Virus record (IMG/VR): IMGVR_UViG_3300045988_180091
Span: 1 to 29,146 of that record
Reading direction: 5' to 3' (one strand)
From: a virus
DNA length: 29,146 nt
A model generated the notes under the pieces. That model saw only the letters and a list, made by a program, of their open reading frames with translations, did not search any database and was not told the DNA's origin. Positions 23,872 through 29,146 of this stretch are shown piece after piece. Made by a program: the position numbers and the translations under genes. Numbering within the stretch: the first letter of the stretch is position 1; each line of letters starts with the position of its first letter.

Positions 23872-24501
23872 TCACACCTCCGTGTTGCTTTCAGAAATAG
23901 TGCCGTCAATACTGGCAGCTTCAACGAGTCCACGAATATATGTTTCTACCTTTTTGCCATAAGCCACATTGTCTAGATAATTCTCTACAACGCGAGCCGC
24001 ATGTGCGCACCTGATTCGTTCATCATGGTCAAACTCTGTGCCGCCAAAGGGAATGAAGAAACAAAGCTCATGACCATCCTTATCTGTATTTTGGCCAACC
24101 AAAATTCTGAGGTCGGGGCAGTTCGAACAATGTTCCGTCTTGTTAAGTGAGGCATGGATATCATTCCACATTATCTGTGCCAGACACGGCAAGGCAGCGC
24201 CGAATAGGTTCATGATGATTTCGTCTGGAATCTCACAGTTGAGATTAGAGAAAATCTCCGATACCCAGTCCTTATCGTAGAGTACATCCAACAGCAAACC
24301 GCAGTGGCCGTTCAGGGTGACAACACGTTCTGAAACACCACTATCGGTGTTCAGCGCACTGTAAACGGCAGCCACGAACCGAGGAAGGTCCGATTTGGTC
24401 CGATACGTTAGGGCAGTATCTCCGGGAAGATAAACAGCACCGTTATTGTCGGTCCAGTAGAAAATGTTTTCGATGTTGTTGAGATTCATAATGTTGAACA
24501 T
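23872..24501 (-). CDS. hypothetical protein (~209 aa, MFNIMNLNNIENIF...)
   Basis: Intact ORF following leader element and GGAGG RBS. Confidence 0.6.
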   Translation of the reverse strand: MFNIMNLNNIENIFYWTDNNGAVYLPGDTALTYRTKSDLPRFVAAVYSALNTDSGVSERVVTLNGHCGLLLDVLYDKDWVSEIFSNLNCEIPDEIIMNLFGAALPCLAQIMWNDIHASLNKTEHCSNCPDLRILVGQNTDKDGHELCFFIPFGGTEFDHDERIRCAHAARVVENYLDNVAYGKKVETYIRGLVEAASIDGTISESNTEV

Positions 24502-24534
24502 GGTATTTACCTCCTGTAATTTTTGATGCAAAAA

Positions 24535-24563
24535 GGCGGGCCTCCCGGTATGGGAAGTCCGCC
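24535..24563 (-). terminator. leader hairpin GGCGGACTTCCC-ATACC-GGGAGGCCCGCC + TTTTT
   Basis: Same family, compensated stem. Confidence 0.7.
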
Positions 24564-24632
24564 TTCAAGCGAAATTATGAATTGTACGAACGCAAAACGC
24601 GCCTAGTAGATGGTATCTATCGTACAATTTTT

Positions 24633-24660
24633 ATAATATCCTGTTCGCACATCTGCGCAA
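24633..24660 (-). promoter_or_regulatory. promoter family member: TTGCGC-AGATGTGCGAACAGGA-TATTAT
   Basis: Same architecture. Confidence 0.65.
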
Positions 24661-24670
24661 GTGTGGTAAC

Positions 24671-25440
24671 TCAAAGAGTTTCGAAGAAGGCGTTTGCCAA
24701 ATCCTCATCGGACAGGTTATTCAGGTATTCTTCGAGCACGCATTCGGCTTCCGACATATTCACGGGATAACCGAGAAATTCTTCTACCGCCTCAGAGCCG
24801 CGAGCAAGCAGCGCATCAACGAGAATTTCGGTGCGGCATTCACGAATGGTCCGGTTCAGGTCTTTATCGGTGGTAGTACACCAGTAGTCCCCGTCGATAT
24901 CACCGTGAGCTTCGATGGAATACAGAGCATCCAAAGCATTGTCAATATCATCGTCGTATTCATCGAGGATATCATCAATGCAGTGAACCTGATGCCAGTG
25001 TTTGCCGTCATCCAGCGAAACAAGGCGTTCAGAAATATCATCATTATCAGAAGGAGTCCCGGAAGCCTCAATGTCGAACACTTCACGGCTCTTTTGATTC
25101 ACGCGGCATTGTGAAGCGAACGAAGCGCCGGACGAAAAGTTCGTTGCAAATTTCGCAACAATCACATCCGGTTCAGGGTCTTTGAGTGCTTCCTGGTATT
25201 CCGGCAATCCGCGATAGGCAACCCGCTTGGAGGTCCCATCTGGTTCCAGTTCATACACAGCTGAAATCACGTGCCCTTCATTGGCAAAATTCACGATTGC
25301 CCGGCACAGATTCAGCATCACAAAATGCTTATCGTTCAGGTCATGGAGGTTTCTGTCTGCCTGAATGGTGACGAGCTTAGACAGGCCGGTCATAGTCGAG
25401 ATACGGTACAGATAATCGATGTTTTGCAGCTGATACATAG
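24671..25440 (-). CDS. acidic hypothetical protein (~256 aa, MYQLQNIDYLYRIST...)
   Basis: Intact ORF, RBS AAAAGGAG. Confidence 0.65.
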
Positions 25441-25442
25441 AG

Positions 25443-25679
25443 TCATTCTCCTTTTTGCTTATCAGAGGTGGTTGCGATTTTTTCTTCGGTTTGCTTCTGC
25501 CTTTTAGCCTGTACTGCCATGCCAGCCTTATAGGCAGCATAGATGGTGAAAGCCATATACAACGTCATGACATCATCCACCTGCCGGACCTGAATCTCAC
25601 CGTAGGTGAGGATTTCCAGAAGCTTCCAGATGGTGGTGGAGCACATAACGAGCAGACACATGATAAATTTCCAGTCCAT
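25443..25679 (-). CDS. small membrane protein (78 aa)
   Basis: Hydrophobic segments in both halves. Confidence 0.6.
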   Translation of the reverse strand: MDWKFIMCLLVMCSTTIWKLLEILTYGEIQVRQVDDVMTLYMAFTIYAAYKAGMAVQAKRQKQTEEKIATTSDKQKGE

Positions 25680-25699
25680 AAAATCCCTTTCGTTTTCAA

Positions 25700-26242
25700 T
25701 CAGTCGTCATAGAACAGCCCCGGAATGATGATGTAGTCCTCAGCATGAGCTTCGATGTCTTTCAGCTGAAAACCGTTTGGGAAACACTTCCAGGAGTCGC
25801 CGTCATAAAACAGCTCACCGCATTCCGGGTTTGGATGGTTGTCGAGCAGTTCAGCGGCGTAGCGAAGAAGATAAGATTCGTTGGAATCCATTTCAATGGA
25901 GCGCAGGCAGGTATACATCGGCTTTGTGATATTGATGCCTTCTGCTTTATGCTTCTGCAATGCTGCACTGAACTCAGCCATTGCCATACACTGCGCACGT
26001 TCCTTCATGGTTTTCGCCCATTCAATGAGTTTTTGCGGTTCGCGAAGGCCCAGGATAACATCCTCGTCTTCGATGTTTCCTGCAATCTCGGATGTTGGGT
26101 AAATATTGAGGAGAGGGTCGTCGAAAGATGTCAGACGAGACGCAAAGTTCTGAAGAAAAGTTTCAGGATTGTAGGGATTTTGCCCCATACATTTGTTCAC
26201 GGTATCGATATCGGTCTTGATTAGGCAGGTTGCGTTAAACAT
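25700..26242 (-). CDS. hypothetical protein (180 aa)
   Basis: Intact ORF. Confidence 0.6.
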   Translation of the reverse strand: MFNATCLIKTDIDTVNKCMGQNPYNPETFLQNFASRLTSFDDPLLNIYPTSEIAGNIEDEDVILGLREPQKLIEWAKTMKERAQCMAMAEFSAALQKHKAEGINITKPMYTCLRSIEMDSNESYLLRYAAELLDNHPNPECGELFYDGDSWKCFPNGFQLKDIEAHAEDYIIIPGLFYDD

Positions 26243-26330
26243 ACAATTTTTCCTTTCTCTTGATTGATATTTGTTTTTTCGGAAATGGTTAATAGAAAGC
26301 TGTCGGCACTCCTTTCTTGCAAATAAAAAA

Positions 26331-26357
26331 GCAGGCCCACCGAATTGGTGAGTCTGC
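26331..26357 (-). terminator. leader hairpin GCAGACTCACC-AATTC-GGTGGGCCTGC + TTTTTT
   Basis: Same family. Confidence 0.7.
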
Positions 26358-26424
26358 TAATTTAGCTGCAGAATATGAATTGTACGCATTGGGCCAAAAG
26401 GCTGTTATCTATCGTACAACTATT

Positions 26425-26452
26425 ATTGTACTTGTTCCGCAAGGCGCTGCAA
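26425..26452 (-). promoter_or_regulatory. promoter family member: TTGCAG-CGCCTTGCGGAACAAG-TACAAT
   Basis: Same architecture. Confidence 0.6.
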
Positions 26453-26463
26453 CAAGAAAAGCC

Positions 26464-27363
26464 CTAATTAGATTCGGAATCGTCAAACACGCCGAGCAGC
26501 TGCTCCACGCTCGGAGCCAGCAGATAATATCTGCAGCCATCCTGCTCAATCACGAAAACAATATCCCCAGACCCGGTTCGGGCAGTGCTGTTGTATTTGG
26601 CTTCAATGCCGGATGGCAGAACCACAGATTCATCGAGAGGCTTGGATTCCTTGATAGTGGCCGAGCTTGTGATAAATACCCTGCCCTGATTCGTTTCGAT
26701 TTTGCCAAGAGCGTTATCCACTTCAATCATCGAATTGTTCTTAACTGGAACGCCAAAGATTGTGATGGTCGGTGCGACATCGCAAAGAACCGCTCCATCC
26801 AAAAGCTGTTGTATCACTTTGGTTTGCTGCTGTTCTTCATTCACCTTGACAAGTGCCGTGACGACAAGGCTGGTATCCTCATTGATGTTCCTTGTTCCGG
26901 ATATCAAGGCGGAATCATTTATCAGAAGAAAGTTGACGCCTTCTTCCTTGTGCCCATTCACAAGAGTCATATGATAGGCCCCAACGCAGGCCGTATGGTC
27001 TTGCGTCTGATACGATACCAGGCTCCTTTCACCGATGCTCTGTATCGGAATGCAGACCGTTGTATCATCCAAAGAGAGCGGCACACAGGAATTGAGAGTC
27101 AATTTGAGTCTTTCTTTGCTTGCAACAAAATTCATGTGCGGGTCACTTGCATCAAATGGAGTGAGTTCTGCCGTTTCCGGCGTTGCTGGCAATAAATGAG
27201 ATACAAACTCTGCAAATTCAGCCGTTTCCGGCGTCTGCTGTACCTTCTCCGCCAACTTTTCGTGCATTCTTTGAGCGTCCCTGAACGCCCAGATGCTTGT
27301 GACAAAAATCAGCAGCATCGCCGCAATCATCAGCCCTTCAAGCTTTTCTCCGTTGTTTTTCAT
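26464..27363 (-). CDS. membrane-anchored protein, paralogue 1
   Basis: N-terminal TM segment; shares 'TVCIP', 'LISGTR...', 'VVLPSGIEAKYN' layout with 27511-28422. Confidence 0.65.
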   Translation of the reverse strand: MKNNGEKLEGLMIAAMLLIFVTSIWAFRDAQRMHEKLAEKVQQTPETAEFAEFVSHLLPATPETAELTPFDASDPHMNFVASKERLKLTLNSCVPLSLDDTTVCIPIQSIGERSLVSYQTQDHTACVGAYHMTLVNGHKEEGVNFLLINDSALISGTRNINEDTSLVVTALVKVNEEQQQTKVIQQLLDGAVLCDVAPTITIFGVPVKNNSMIEVDNALGKIETNQGRVFITSSATIKESKPLDESVVLPSGIEAKYNSTARTGSGDIVFVIEQDGCRYYLLAPSVEQLLGVFDDSESN

Positions 27364-27410
27364 GGTTCTCCTCACCCGATTCCCCGCAAAAAATACTGAT
27401 TCAGTTTCTA

Positions 27411-27438
27411 ATGATACGAACATCGCAAGAACTGGCAA
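27411..27438 (-). promoter_or_regulatory. promoter family member: TTGCCA-GTTCTTGCGATGTTCG-TATCAT
   Basis: Same architecture. Confidence 0.6.
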
Positions 27439-27510
27439 GCATTGTCCCAAAACAAAAGCCACCCACCCGAAATAGGCAGATGGCTCAATGTAAGATTGGT
27501 TCAGAACGTA

Positions 27511-28422
27511 TTAACCCTGGAAGAATCCCTGCAGCGCTTCTACACTGGTTGCAAGAATTTTGATATTGCGGTTATTTACCGTAGAGACAAACGGGATATA
27601 CCCGGTCTCTTTGTCCTGCACGTTCCCGTATCGAACGGTGAGTCCACCGGGAAGATTCAGAGTTTTAGAGAATACGTTTTTGTCATAATTGAAAGAAAAA
27701 GTCGATACCAAAACGGTGTTGTCATTCAGCTGCAGCTGCAAATAGCCATCGTCCACTTCGATTACAACATCGTCTTTTACGGTTTCTCCAAACACGGTTG
27801 TCGCAGGAGCTGTATCGGTGATTACTGCATCAGCAAGCAGCTTTTCAATCACTGCCTCTTGTTCCGTCTCCTGACCTTCCTCGGCTTCAGCAGCAACGGT
27901 CAAAGTCAATCCTTCTCCCATCGTCCTTGTCCCCGACAGGATTTCCTTGTCGTCGTTTTGGAAAGTCACAACGGAGTCTTCCGTATTCCCTTCCACCAAC
28001 GCAATTTTGTAATCCCCGATTGCGGCAGTGGAATTACCGGAGCAATAGGTCACCGTGCATCCGCCCTGCCCGGCAGCGGCGACAGGAATGCAGACAGTCA
28101 CGTCGCCCAGCGTGACCGGAACATAGGAGCCGTCATCTGGAACAATGCCGCTTTTCGTCACGGTGAAGTTCAGCTCCGGCTCCAGAGTCTTTGCGGTTTC
28201 GGCTGTTGCAGCCGTCTCGGCAGTTTCAGCGGTTGCGCCATAGAACAGCAAAGGTTCCAGCCGCTCTTCATAATTCACCGTTTGCTGCAGCTCAGAAAGA
28301 CTACGATTGATGCGGTTCGCGTCAACGATAGCGAAAATCAGCAATGCAGCAAGTGCTGCCATGAGAATCGCCGCAAGGCATGTCATCTTTTTATTATTCT
28401 TCTGCATAAAACTCAGCTCCAA
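27511..28422 (-). CDS. membrane-anchored protein, paralogue 2
   Basis: N-terminal TM segment; 'TVCIPVAAAG', 'ILSGTRTMGEG', 'LNLPGGLTVRYG'. Confidence 0.65.
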   Translation of the reverse strand: MELSFMQKNNKKMTCLAAILMAALAALLIFAIVDANRINRSLSELQQTVNYEERLEPLLFYGATAETAETAATAETAKTLEPELNFTVTKSGIVPDDGSYVPVTLGDVTVCIPVAAAGQGGCTVTYCSGNSTAAIGDYKIALVEGNTEDSVVTFQNDDKEILSGTRTMGEGLTLTVAAEAEEGQETEQEAVIEKLLADAVITDTAPATTVFGETVKDDVVIEVDDGYLQLQLNDNTVLVSTFSFNYDKNVFSKTLNLPGGLTVRYGNVQDKETGYIPFVSTVNNRNIKILATSVEALQGFFQG

Positions 28423-29090
28423 AAAGTCAATGTGATATCGTGATAATTCGAACCGTTGCAGGTATACATGATGGTTCCGCTGCCTGTCGTAGCGCTCGAC
28501 CCATCCTCATACAGCAAATCATAACCAGCGTTCACGCCGCGACAGATGCCGGTACATGTAAGCGTTTGTATCGAAGTTCCGCGATAAATATAAGCTTTCG
28601 TTCCAACCGAGCAACGCTTGATTTTCCAGAACCCCTGATTCCAGTGGTCCGCAACCAGCATATAGTTTTTGAACGGAAAATATGCAGCGCTGTCCTGTGC
28701 ATCCGCTGCTGCCTGGCTAACGACTGCAAACAACGCCACATTGACTCCCACGGAAGGAATCACGAGCCGCCCATACATATTCGGTCTTCTCGCCATCTCT
28801 TCCAGAACCGCGTCATTCGACACCGATGCCGTAATGGACTTCTCTTTGATGTTTGCGTTGCAGAGAGACGCGAGTCGTTTTGCTTCCCCCGCTACATTCT
28901 CATTTGAGAACGAAGCAATCGCGATTTGGGTATCGGCTCTCGTTAGAGCGGCGGCGGCCGCCGCGTTCAGCGTTGGCTGTTCTTGTGCTGCCTGTACCGC
29001 TTCCGCATGAGTTGTCAGGATTCTTGCCGTGCTATCCAGCTGCCGGATTTCGAATTCCGTTTGCTTCAGCCCCAAAAAATTGAGGATTGC
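28413..29090 (-). CDS. sortase-like/extracytoplasmic hypothetical protein, 5' end probably disrupted
   Basis: 'YGRLVIPSVGVNVALF...LVADHWNQGFWKIKRCSVGTKAYIYRG...IMYTCNGSNYHDITLTFW' resembles the His...TC layout of sortase folds; no clear catalytic Arg. Confidence 0.45.
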   Translation of the reverse strand, partial: AILNFLGLKQTEFEIRQLDSTARILTTHAEAVQAAQEQPTLNAAAAAALTRADTQIAIASFSNENVAGEAKRLASLCNANIKEKSITASVSNDAVLEEMARRPNMYGRLVIPSVGVNVALFAVVSQAAADAQDSAAYFPFKNYMLVADHWNQGFWKIKRCSVGTKAYIYRGTSIQTLTCTGICRGVNAGYDLLYEDGSSATTGSGTIMYTCNGSNYHDITLTFWS

Positions 29091-29104
29091 GAAATTGACA
29101 TTCT

Positions 29105-29125
29105 CCCCACAGCTAAAGCAGGGGG
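29105..29125 (-). mobile_element. IS605/TnpB-like right-end palindrome CCCCCTGCTTTAGCTGTGGGG + AGAATGTCAA
   Basis: Hairpin fused to the start of the 28413 ORF. Confidence 0.5.
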
Positions 29126-29146
29126 ATTCCTGCATCAACCACCACT

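Noticed and set aside
1-29146. CRISPR array or Cas genes
   Set aside because: No regularly spaced direct repeats seen; HNH/RuvC ORFs are IscB-like in size and flanks, not Cas9.

Overview
Accessory or mobile DNA, probably a phage/prophage or large plasmid of a gut-type Firmicute (inference only). It holds many small genes, nearly all on the minus strand and mostly of unknown function. Recognisable genes are a phage-tail-lysozyme-like protein, an ASCH-like protein, a secreted surface protein, a tandem pair of membrane-anchored paralogues, a sortase-like ORF, an HTH protein, and a cluster of five atypical tRNA-like genes. The strongest signal is a nested set of TnpA-less IS200/IS605-superfamily elements. 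There are two full-length IscB ORFs (1262-2659, 18434-19804) with catalytic motifs kept, each preceded by a long conserved structured region (candidate omegaRNA), plus two C-terminal IscB remnants, a TnpB N-terminal remnant and several solo palindromic ends. Deleting IscB copy 1 in silico rejoins an interrupted host ORF in frame, which gives the element boundaries, the putative guide and a candidate TAM. Other unexplained structure: an eight-member promoter family (TTGC-N6-[T/G]TGCG ... TANNAT), a recurrent 5' leader ending in a terminator-like hairpin before start codons, and a three-copy covarying hairpin motif around the tRNA cluster. All alignments were done by eye; no database or folding program was run.
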